From assembly GCA_902796405.1 (NCBI GenBank), contig CADBOY010000036.1:1-33875 (forward strand): a DNA stretch of 33,875 bases. The letters run 5' to 3'. The stretch's first letter is position 1; each line of letters begins with the position of its first letter. A program made the translations under genes and the position numbers. The notes under the pieces are model-generated. The model was not told where the DNA came from and made no database searches. It saw only the letters and a list, made by a program, of their open reading frames with translations. Shown here piece by piece: positions 24,071 to 31,917 of this stretch. The DNA is from an uncultured Lachnospiraceae bacterium (GTDB lineage: Bacteria > Bacillota > Clostridia > Lachnospirales > Lachnospiraceae).

Positions 24071-24892
24071 TCAGATTCCGCCCAAGCTGATCCGGTATTC
24101 ATTTTTCCATCGCCGCACCAGCTCGCGCAGACCGCATGCGCGGCGGATATTGTCTTTATTCATCCATACAGCGGCATCCGCCGCATGTCCTTCACTTCTC
24201 GCCTGCTCCCTGATCCGGCTGAAGCTGGCGTCCCACTCTGCCAGAGCTGACGGCTCGATATCCGCGAAGATCTCATCCGGAATCTTCACGTCCGGAGCAA
24301 TCCGGCGAATCTGCCAGAGGGATTCCCTCACCTCCGGCTGATGGAGATCTTTTGCCGCTTCCACCAGACAGTCTGCTGCCTCCTGCCAGAGATACTGCCG
24401 GGCCGCTGTCATCCCCAGGCTGTACCAGAGCAGGCCGCGGAATCCAGGATCCTTCCGCTCGGGATAATTCCCCTCAAGCAGACTTCCAAAAGCGTGCTCC
24501 GCCGCAGAATACCTTCCGCGGGCAAACAGCATATCCGCTTTCTTCAGGAGACGCCGTCCCGGCGACATCCGGGTGAGCGCGTTCATCTCCTCCCGGAATT
24601 CATAGAGTTCATCCCCATCATAGTAGTGGATATCCTGCAGAATCACAAGGAGCAGCTCCGACAGCTCCGCCTGATCCGCCCATTTGCGCAGCTTCTTCTC
24701 GAGGTTCTCCATTCCCAGACCGCTGCCGATGAAACGGTAGAGCCGCTCCCCCAGGAAGTCCTCCCCGATCAGCGGCGCATTGTGATAGATGTAGTAGCTG
24801 AGTTCCTCACCGGTGTACAGGGAGATCCCCAGCTCTTCCACATAATAAGGCTCGGCAGCCTGCTGACTGCGGCAGAGCAGCATCCCACTCAT
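24071..24892 (-). CDS. Uncharacterised 273-aa helical (TPR-like) protein, third gene of the module
   Basis: The start is at ATG 24892 (MSGMLLCRSQ), with AAGGA upstream. Helical-repeat-like segments include KKADMLFARGRYSAAEHAFGSLLEG and LWYSLGMTAARQYLWQEAADCLVEAAKD. No catalytic motif was recognised. Confidence 0.6.
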   Translation of the reverse strand: MSGMLLCRSQQAAEPYYVEELGISLYTGEELSYYIYHNAPLIGEDFLGERLYRFIGSGLGMENLEKKLRKWADQAELSELLLVILQDIHYYDGDELYEFREEMNALTRMSPGRRLLKKADMLFARGRYSAAEHAFGSLLEGNYPERKDPGFRGLLWYSLGMTAARQYLWQEAADCLVEAAKDLHQPEVRESLWQIRRIAPDVKIPDEIFADIEPSALAEWDASFSRIREQARSEGHAADAAVWMNKDNIRRACGLRELVRRWKNEYRISLGGI

Positions 24893-24933
24893 GGTGTTCC
24901 TTTCCGGCCGCCGCGCGGCAAGCGCGGCCACTC

Positions 24934-26199
24934 TTACGACAATAAGAAATCCTTACGGATTGTTTTTCCCGAAGACATGAACAGTTCGCCGAATCCCAGG
25001 TCGCGCACGCGGACCGTCATGCTGTTCTCCGCGTTAAAAGCGACAATGACCTCGATGCGTGTTGTCTTGTTCGGACGACGCGGAAACTCGTCCAGATTCA
25101 CGCGCACCTTGTCGGTTCTGGGACTGCTGGCCGGCTGAATCTGAAATTCCAGCGTATCGGTTCCGTCGGGAATCAGCTCAACGGAGGATCTGGCTTCATA
25201 CCAGTTGGTTCCTGCTTCCGCGAGCACCACTTTCTCACTGCGCCCGCCCCATCTCGCATTGACGCTGACAGTTGATTCAATCCTCCCCTCGCAGAGGAAG
25301 GTGAACGGATAAGCGGAAGTTTCCCGAAGCTGATCCGCGGCGGCGCAGGCCGCGCCGCTGGCGAATACATGCTGTCCTGCGAATACCTTTCTCTTCTGGC
25401 AGACATAGGTGAGAAAATCCGGCGCCCAGTCCGTCGTCACGAATCCGCGCCCGGTCAGAAAAACCGAAGAGAAAACCTTGCGCGCAAGAAGCCGCCTGGC
25501 GCACGACACCAGAATCAGGTCCCCCATGTGACGGCCGGACTCCGTATCGAGCACAGACAGGTCAAACCCATCTTCCTGCTTCTCATGCCAGGCTTCCGCG
25601 ATCTGAGGCCGGCGTCCGCGGATCACCCGCATCTCATAGTAGTGAAGCCCCTCTTCCGTCAGATCAAACATACAGCAGGCATTGGCCCAGACATCCCGCT
25701 GCTGACTCAGCACATAGAAGAGAAAGGTCTCCGCATGTGTCATGATATGCACGCAGCCGCGCGGAACACCGCACCGGCCGGCGATCTCAACCAGAAGATC
25801 CGCAAAGGATCCTTCCAGAGACTGAACGGTGAATACCAGACTCTCAACGCCGTCGCCGCCGAAGCGCTCTCTGGTCATCTTCATCAGCTCATTCACAAAG
25901 CGGTAGAGCAGCTCCGAGGCCGTATACTTGACCCCCTCAATGGTGGCACTTCCGTCGCGGCGGGCCAGCTTGATGAGCTTGTCCACCATGACGCCTTCAT
26001 TCAGGAGAGCGCGCCGGTAAGCCTCCTCTCCCACATACCAGACATCCTCTGTCTTCTTCTTGCAGATGACACTCGAGATCAGGCAGGACGATTCGTCCTC
26101 CGTCACAGTGAGCGCCTCAGCCGTCTCTGTTCCGGGATTCCAGCAGCTGACCTGACTGTAGTCATCGCCGAGATCAATCCCCATGATCAGTCCTGCCAT
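24934..26199 (-). CDS. Divergent Hsp70/actin-fold ATPase paralogue lacking the helical lid
   Basis: The start is at ATG 26199 (MAGLIMGIDLGDDYSQVS), preceded by a G-rich SD. An alternative ATG at 26229 overlaps the upstream stop. Phosphate-1-like GIDLGDDYS, phosphate-2-like CCMFDLTEEGLHYYEM and adenosine-like VFLTGRG are present. The C-terminus RIEVIVAFNAENSMTVRVRDLGFGE resembles the DnaK beta-subdomain IEVTFDIDANGIL.V.A.D..TG. Confidence 0.65.
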   Translation of the reverse strand: MAGLIMGIDLGDDYSQVSCWNPGTETAEALTVTEDESSCLISSVICKKKTEDVWYVGEEAYRRALLNEGVMVDKLIKLARRDGSATIEGVKYTASELLYRFVNELMKMTRERFGGDGVESLVFTVQSLEGSFADLLVEIAGRCGVPRGCVHIMTHAETFLFYVLSQQRDVWANACCMFDLTEEGLHYYEMRVIRGRRPQIAEAWHEKQEDGFDLSVLDTESGRHMGDLILVSCARRLLARKVFSSVFLTGRGFVTTDWAPDFLTYVCQKRKVFAGQHVFASGAACAAADQLRETSAYPFTFLCEGRIESTVSVNARWGGRSEKVVLAEAGTNWYEARSSVELIPDGTDTLEFQIQPASSPRTDKVRVNLDEFPRRPNKTTRIEVIVAFNAENSMTVRVRDLGFGELFMSSGKTIRKDFLLS

Positions 26200-26221
26200 G
26201 GAACCGCCCCCCCTTTCTCCC

Positions 26222-29200
26222 TCATTCATGTTCCGGCAGACGGAACAGCGCCGCCGCCAGGGATTCGTGACAGGCGTACTCCACGGCGTCATCCTGCCAG
26301 TCCTGAACGCGGCCGCCGGTCTTCGCCTGCAGCCGGTTCAGCTCACCGTAACGGGTGTGATCCTCTTCCGGAGAAATCTCTCCGCGAAGGTCTCCCTCAC
26401 GCATCACTTCTTCGCCGCAGAGGATGCGGTAATGAAGCGCATCTCCCGCGAAAAGAAGCACCGGTTTTACATAGATTCCGTGCCAGACCTCCGGCATCCG
26501 AAGGCGCAGCGATGACGGCTTCTCTCCGTCCTTTTTCTCCATCTCAATCTCCACGGAAAGCCCCGGCTGGCCGCAGTATTCCGCGAATTCCCGGCAGCGG
26601 ATCTCTTCCGGAATCCGGATTTTCCCGGCAAAGTCTTTCATCCAGGGGAATATATATCCTCTGCGGAGCAGCAGGGGAAGCAGACGCTCCGCCATCTTCC
26701 GCTGACCCCCGGTCAGAGAGTCTGCTTCCGTGAATTTCTTCATCAGCGCGAGTACGCAGACCTCCGGGACATTCTCCTTCTCCGACTCCAGCATATCCAT
26801 GACGGACTGGAACAGATCCCCGGGCACCGGCTCGCCCTTCTCGAAGCAGGCACTGCAGCGGACAACCACATAGGCCTTGATCAGCAGAGCATTCTTCCCG
26901 CCCTGCTTCCTGTAAATCCGGCAGACTTCATCGATCCCGCTGCTGCTGCACGAGAACAGCATCTGCGCCAGCAGGCGCTCCGCCATATCGCCGGAGTCCA
27001 CTCCATTCTTCTCGGCACAGAGCAGGATCGGCACCATATCCGAGCTGGCGCCGTTGTAATGAGCACAGAGATATTCCAGGATCAGATCGCTGAACTGCTT
27101 CTTCTCAAACAGCCAGCAGCACATATCAAGAAGCAGCTCATCCTTCGCGAACAGCTTAGACTGAATGGCTTCCCCCGCCAGACGCAGAATTTCCTTCGGC
27201 GGCAGCGCCCGGAAATCACAGTGTCCGGCCAGAACTCCGGCTTCACTGTAATGCCCGATGCGGATCAGAATCTCAAGCAGAGCAGCCTTTCTCTCTCCCG
27301 TCAGATTCTGGTACTGCACGCAGGTCAGGACATCTTCTTCCCGCGGATCCTCCTGAGCAATGACGGCATCCACGATGGCATCGGTGAGAATCTGACGATA
27401 CTGGGGATGAATCTCCCGCTCCGTCTGCTCCCGGCGAAGAGTGCGCAGATCCGCTTCGCTCTTATTCTGCTTCCTGAGAACCGCGCTGCAGTCAGCCAGC
27501 CGGAGCATACTGCTCCTCGTCCCTGCTTCGCGGCACCGAGCAAGCAATGCATCCGTATGGCGAAAGACGCGGCGAGCCGTAACATCTGCCGCGTACCTCC
27601 TGCCATCTCCACCGGCCAGAAGCAGGCGGCAGGAATCCGTAAAGATCGGGATACAGGCCTTTCCTCCCGTGATCTTCACCTGAAATTCATCGCGAAGCTC
27701 GCCATAGACCGCGATGACATCCGTGAATCCATCCTCCGGAATGTCCAGCTCACAGGTGGCCAGAAGATCCGGCAGAATCTTCGACATTCTCGCATCGACG
27801 TCTGCCAGCTCGAGCACTTCTTCACAGATCATCGCCAGATCAGCATCGATCTGCCCCGCCAGAACGCTTTTTACTGCAAAATCATGCATCTGCTCATGGT
27901 AGGACTGCATGACCGGTTCATCATCCCGCCAGCAGGTCAGAATATTGCGGTACAGCTTCTCCCGGGAGTCCGGGTCCTGCGGACTGTTGTATCCGAAATA
28001 CAGCACAATAGCGCGGGGCAGCGGCTCCGTCCGGTCCGCCGGCACGGAAGCCAGGTAGGAATCGAAGAGTCTGGTCAGGCGGATGTCCCGCTCGACTCCC
28101 TTCGCGTACCACTCAAATGCGGCTTCATCCCGGCGGCCGCTCTTGATCAGAACGGCGCAGATGGCTCCCAGAATCTCATCTCTGGGATACGCCGAATAAA
28201 GCAGCGTGAGAACCCGCAGAAACGGCGTCAGGGCAGCGCGGCTTCGCGCGGCAAGACCGGCGGCATAGACCGCCGTCTCCTCTTCCACCAGGCTATGTCT
28301 TGCACCAAACAGCAGCACACGGTATTCGAAATCACCGATATACCGGATGATATCCGGGTGGCGGTTGTACACGCGCATAGCCTCCAGATAGAGAAACGGG
28401 CTGGAATAGCCTCCACGGCAGAACTCGACCATCCGGCCCAGCACTTCCCGCGGCCGGTCCGCCGCTCCCTCATCGAGATGGAGCATCAGAAGGAAGCCGA
28501 ACAAAGTCTGTCTTCCCTCGTCATTGTATCGGCGGAGCGTCCGGATCAGCTGTTCCTTCTGTTCCCAGCTGCCGCTCGTCTTCGCCTGCAGATAGAGGTA
28601 TGCGCAGTAGGCGTCCGGATCCTCCCGGCGCCCGGCTGAGATCTCGCGCTCCGCGTCCTTGAGGATCATCTCGGTGAGCTCGGTCTCGCCCTTCCAGAAA
28701 CTGATGGCTCCCCGCAGCAGTTTCTGACGGGGCATCGGCTCATCGTCGCCCACCGTCTCGTCCCAGACAAGCTCCAGGTAATCGACCGTCTCCCGGTTCT
28801 GCGCATTTTCCTTCAGCACCGCAAGAAGCGTCTTCATCAGCTCGAGTTCATTCTTCTTTCGGCGCAGGCGACGCTTTGCCGGCGGCGTAATGTCCGCATG
28901 GCGGCGCGCTTCCACCTCCTGGCTCCCGCGAAAGAATGGTGTCGTCACCGTGATGCGCGCATAGTTTCTGCCCCCGTGCAGTCTGTCGTCGTGGATGACA
29001 AAGGGAATCTTCAGGGTATTGCCTTTAAAATCCGCGCCCGTCCACATCTCCCGGGGAAGAGAGAGGAATTCCGCATCCGAGCGGACCTGCAGCTGAAGCT
29101 GGCCCCATCCGCTCCTGGTGATGGTAATACTGCCTCCGACGTCACTTCCCTCTGTGACAAAGGAGCCCGCCGACTCGCTGACGGCAAGGCGGACTCTCTC

Positions 29201-29758
29201 CTTCGCACCGGCAGCGATCAGAAATTCCTCTGCCGCGCCGGTGCGTGAGGCCGCGCGGCACAGGCCGTCATAAACGGCCCGGCAGGACATATCGTCCATG
29301 AACGACAGATTCAGGAAATCCGCAGAGCCGAAGAGCGCTTCTGCTTCAGCCGGCCGGTCCTGCAGCAGCTGAGAGAAATCCTCCAGCGTCTGTATCGAAC
29401 CGGCGCGTCCGCTGCCGCTCTTTCTGACATGGAAGTGAAAGGGAATGGCCGTCTCTCCGCCATTGTATACCAGACGGAATGCCCCATCCAGAGAAGTGCC
29501 CGGCTCCAGGTCCTCCGCATGTACCTCATAGACAATGTCCGCCGTGATTCCGGCGAAACTGTTCTGAAGCAGAATCACCCGGCTGTCATTGGAATAGATC
29601 AGTCCTCTCAGTCCAGCCCCACTGCTCCCGATGCGAAGATCTCCCCGGTAATTCTGTCCGCCGATGATGGTCTCCTCGATTTCCGGTGTGAGAAGCTCCA
29701 GTACTGGCATGTCCGCATATATGTCTCCGGCAGCAAGCTGGCGTATTCTCTCTTTCAC
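26222..29758 (-). CDS. Uncharacterised 1178-aa cytoplasmic protein (beta-rich N-terminal roughly 300 aa, then long helical-repeat region)
   Basis: Track ORF 26222..29860. GTG 29758 (VKERIRQLAAG) is preferred because GGAGG lies 7 nt upstream, whereas the upstream ATGs lack an SD. No TM helix, signal peptide, P-loop or nuclease motif was seen. Confidence 0.7.
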   Translation of the reverse strand: MKERIRQLAAGDIYADMPVLELLTPEIEETIIGGQNYRGDLRIGSSGAGLRGLIYSNDSRVILLQNSFAGITADIVYEVHAEDLEPGTSLDGAFRLVYNGGETAIPFHFHVRKSGSGRAGSIQTLEDFSQLLQDRPAEAEALFGSADFLNLSFMDDMSCRAVYDGLCRAASRTGAAEEFLIAAGAKERVRLAVSESAGSFVTEGSDVGGSITITRSGWGQLQLQVRSDAEFLSLPREMWTGADFKGNTLKIPFVIHDDRLHGGRNYARITVTTPFFRGSQEVEARRHADITPPAKRRLRRKKNELELMKTLLAVLKENAQNRETVDYLELVWDETVGDDEPMPRQKLLRGAISFWKGETELTEMILKDAEREISAGRREDPDAYCAYLYLQAKTSGSWEQKEQLIRTLRRYNDEGRQTLFGFLLMLHLDEGAADRPREVLGRMVEFCRGGYSSPFLYLEAMRVYNRHPDIIRYIGDFEYRVLLFGARHSLVEEETAVYAAGLAARSRAALTPFLRVLTLLYSAYPRDEILGAICAVLIKSGRRDEAAFEWYAKGVERDIRLTRLFDSYLASVPADRTEPLPRAIVLYFGYNSPQDPDSREKLYRNILTCWRDDEPVMQSYHEQMHDFAVKSVLAGQIDADLAMICEEVLELADVDARMSKILPDLLATCELDIPEDGFTDVIAVYGELRDEFQVKITGGKACIPIFTDSCRLLLAGGDGRRYAADVTARRVFRHTDALLARCREAGTRSSMLRLADCSAVLRKQNKSEADLRTLRREQTEREIHPQYRQILTDAIVDAVIAQEDPREEDVLTCVQYQNLTGERKAALLEILIRIGHYSEAGVLAGHCDFRALPPKEILRLAGEAIQSKLFAKDELLLDMCCWLFEKKQFSDLILEYLCAHYNGASSDMVPILLCAEKNGVDSGDMAERLLAQMLFSCSSSGIDEVCRIYRKQGGKNALLIKAYVVVRCSACFEKGEPVPGDLFQSVMDMLESEKENVPEVCVLALMKKFTEADSLTGGQRKMAERLLPLLLRRGYIFPWMKDFAGKIRIPEEIRCREFAEYCGQPGLSVEIEMEKKDGEKPSSLRLRMPEVWHGIYVKPVLLFAGDALHYRILCGEEVMREGDLRGEISPEEDHTRYGELNRLQAKTGGRVQDWQDDAVEYACHESLAAALFRLPEHE

Positions 29759-29957
29759 GGTTTCCCCTCCCTGCGTCCACGGACATGCACCCTTCGCCCG
29801 CATCACAAGACGTATTAAGCCAATCGCTTCGCAGCTGCGCTGTCCCCGCGATTGGCACATCTATGCTAACACAATTCATGGCAAATTTCCATAAGATCAA
29901 GGCCGGGCCCCGGCTCCGGAAGCGCAGAGTGCAGACACCGGATATCCCTTACCGGGT

Positions 29958-31289
29958 TCACCCCTCTTCCGCCATCTTCCGGCAGAACGCAAGCCACTCG
30001 CGAACCCGGTTTTCGTAGCCATTTTTCCCCGGCTCAAAGAAGCGGTGACCCACAAGCTCATCCGGCAGATACTGCTGCTGCACATAGTGTCCGGGGAAAT
30101 CGTGCGCATATTGATATCCAGTCCCCCGGCCGAGCTTCGCCGCTCCCTTGTAGTGCGCATCCTGCAGATGCGGCGGAATCGTTTTGACCGGGATGGTCCG
30201 CACCGCCTCCGACGCCCGCTCGAGCGCCATGTAAGAGGCATTGCTCTTCGGCGCGGTGGCGACGTAGCAGGCGGCTTCCGCGAGCGGAATCCTCCCCTCC
30301 GGCAGACCAACCCGCTCCACTGCCTCTGAGGCGGCAACCGCGACGACAAGCGCCTGCGGATCCGCCATGCCGACATCCTCGGAGGCGCAGATCATGATGC
30401 GCCGCGCGATGAATTTCGGATCTTCCCCGGCGTAGAGCATCCGCGCCAGATAATACAGCGCAGCATCCGGATCCGAGCCGCGCATGCTCTTGATAAACGC
30501 GGAGATCACATCGTAGTGATTGTCTCCATCCTTATCGTAGCGGACATTGCGGCGCTGAATGCACTCCTGGGCGACTTCCATCGTGATGTGAATTTTTCCG
30601 TCCTCTGCCCGCGGGGTCGTCAGAACGCCAAGTTCGAACGCGTTGAGCGCGCTCCGCGCGTCGCCGCCCGCGATATCCGCCAGGAAACGCTTCGCGTCTT
30701 CGTCAAGGACCGGATGATAAGACCCCATCCCCTTCTCGCGGTCATTTGCCGCACGGTCAAGGAGAGTGCAGATGTCATCCTGGGTGAGAGGCTTCAGCTC
30801 GAAGATACTGGACCGGGAGATCAGCGCCGAATTCACCTCGAAATACGGATTCTCCGTCGTGGCTCCGATCAGGATCACCGTGCCGTCCTCGACGAACGGC
30901 AGCAGATAATCCTGCTGGCTCTTGTTGAACCGGTGAATCTCGTCAATGAACAGAATCGTTCGGCGTCCGTACATCGCAAGGTTCTGCTTTGCCTCCTGGA
31001 TCACTGCCTCCATGTCCTTCTTGCCCGCAGCGGTCGCGTTGATCTGACAGAATTCGGCCTTCGTCGTATTGGCGATCACCATGGCAAGGGTGGTCTTCCC
31101 CGTTCCGGGCGGCCCGTAAAAAATGACAGAGCTCAGCTTGTCGGCCTGAATGGCCCGGTAGAGCAGCTTATCCTTCCCGATGATGTGCTGCTGTCCGACA
31201 ACCTCACTCAACGTCGTCGGGCGGAGGCGCGAAGCCAGAGGCGCCTCTTTTTCTTTGTTTTTCTGACCCATGTATTCAAAAAGATCCAA
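29958..31289 (-). CDS. rarA: Replication-associated recombination protein A (AAA+ ATPase)
   Basis: The start is TTG 31289, with GGAGG 7 nt upstream. Walker A is YGPPGTGKTTLA and Walker B is ILFIDEIHRFNKSQQD. The C-terminal MgsA block is PPHLQDAHYKGAAKLGRGTGYQYAHD. Confidence 0.95.
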   Translation of the reverse strand: MDLFEYMGQKNKEKEAPLASRLRPTTLSEVVGQQHIIGKDKLLYRAIQADKLSSVIFYGPPGTGKTTLAMVIANTTKAEFCQINATAAGKKDMEAVIQEAKQNLAMYGRRTILFIDEIHRFNKSQQDYLLPFVEDGTVILIGATTENPYFEVNSALISRSSIFELKPLTQDDICTLLDRAANDREKGMGSYHPVLDEDAKRFLADIAGGDARSALNAFELGVLTTPRAEDGKIHITMEVAQECIQRRNVRYDKDGDNHYDVISAFIKSMRGSDPDAALYYLARMLYAGEDPKFIARRIMICASEDVGMADPQALVVAVAASEAVERVGLPEGRIPLAEAACYVATAPKSNASYMALERASEAVRTIPVKTIPPHLQDAHYKGAAKLGRGTGYQYAHDFPGHYVQQQYLPDELVGHRFFEPGKNGYENRVREWLAFCRKMAEEG

Positions 31290-31611
31290 GATTCCGCCTC
31301 CTCTTCCGCACCGGCGCGGCCGCCGGCATCTGTCCGAAAATTCCTCTTCGTCCCGCCCGGATGAAGCACAGGCCGACCTGTCAACTCATCCCGGGCTATG
31401 TCCGGGCTTCATCCTGCCCGTATGTATTCCGGGTACCGGGCTCATCGGCAGCGCAGGATGAAAAATCTGCCCTGTTTCCGCCTTGCGGGTGAGCCATCTT
31501 TTCGTCTCTGCGCGGAGCGCAAAAACTCCGCAAAAGACAAGCCGAGGCTCTTCTATGCGGAATTATCAGTATAGCATACAGAAGATTACAGTGTCAAAAG
31601 CTACGCCGGCG

Positions 31612-31641
31612 TTGCGGCAGGTTTTCCTGCTGTGGTATCAT
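31612..31641 (+). promoter_or_regulatory. Candidate promoter for the carboxylesterase gene
   Basis: The sequence is TTGCGG (31612-31617), an 18-nt spacer ending in TGg, then TATCAT (31636-31641). This would give a roughly 270-nt leader containing the tandem repeats. Confidence 0.35.
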
Positions 31642-31657
31642 AGGGAAGATTACAGCC

Positions 31658-31837
31658 GAAAGCGGCTGCCGTGAGACCAAGGATCCGGAGCGCGGCTGCA
31701 GAAAGCGGCTGCGATAAAAACAAAGATCCGGCACATGGCATCTGAAGCAGCAGAAAATGGCTGCCGTGAGACCAGGAATACGGTGCGCGGCAGCAGGAAA
31801 TGGCTGCCGTAAGACCATTGATCCGGCACCTGGAGGA
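31658..31837. repeat. Four degenerate tandem repeats (43/52/43/42 nt), non-coding
   Basis: The copies are at 31658-31700, 31701-31752, 31753-31795 and 31796-31837. The consensus is GAAA(G/A)(C/T)GGCTGCCGTGAGACCA.GGAT.CGG.GCGCGGC.GCA. Copies 1 and 3 are identical at 36/43 positions by hand. Confidence 0.8.
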
Positions 31838-31917
31838 ATACGGGAAATCGCAGGCAGTCTGCCGGACAGGAACGGATATCTCTGCGCGGCAGCGCGGCAA
31901 AAGGAAGGTCTGCATAC

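Noticed and set aside
28352-28360. An HPD tripeptide (YNRHPDIIRY) in the 1178-aa protein as a possible J-domain partner for the adjacent Hsp70 paralogue.
   Set aside because: The surrounding sequence does not fit the J-domain helix II/III pattern (no KAYRKLA..YHPDKN...F..I..AY context). It is probably coincidental, but worth a profile search.
25369-28639. Plus-strand ORFs 25369..26733 (454 aa) and 27059..28639 (526 aa).
   Set aside because: Both are antisense to the Hsp70-like and 1178-aa genes. They have Arg/Pro-rich composition and no RBS. The same reasoning applies to 343..966, 2166..3383, 8827..9531, 10274..11170, 15040..16104, 19824..20786, 22419..23216, 30516..31364 and 32362..33312.
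31658-31837. A CRISPR array or coding repeat as the explanation for the tandem repeats.
   Set aside because: The units are contiguous with no unique spacers, and they are degenerate with variable length. Every plus-strand frame hits stops. The minus-strand ORFs 31594..32166, 31601..31924 and 31650..32210 are mutually overlapping translations of the repeat with no SD.
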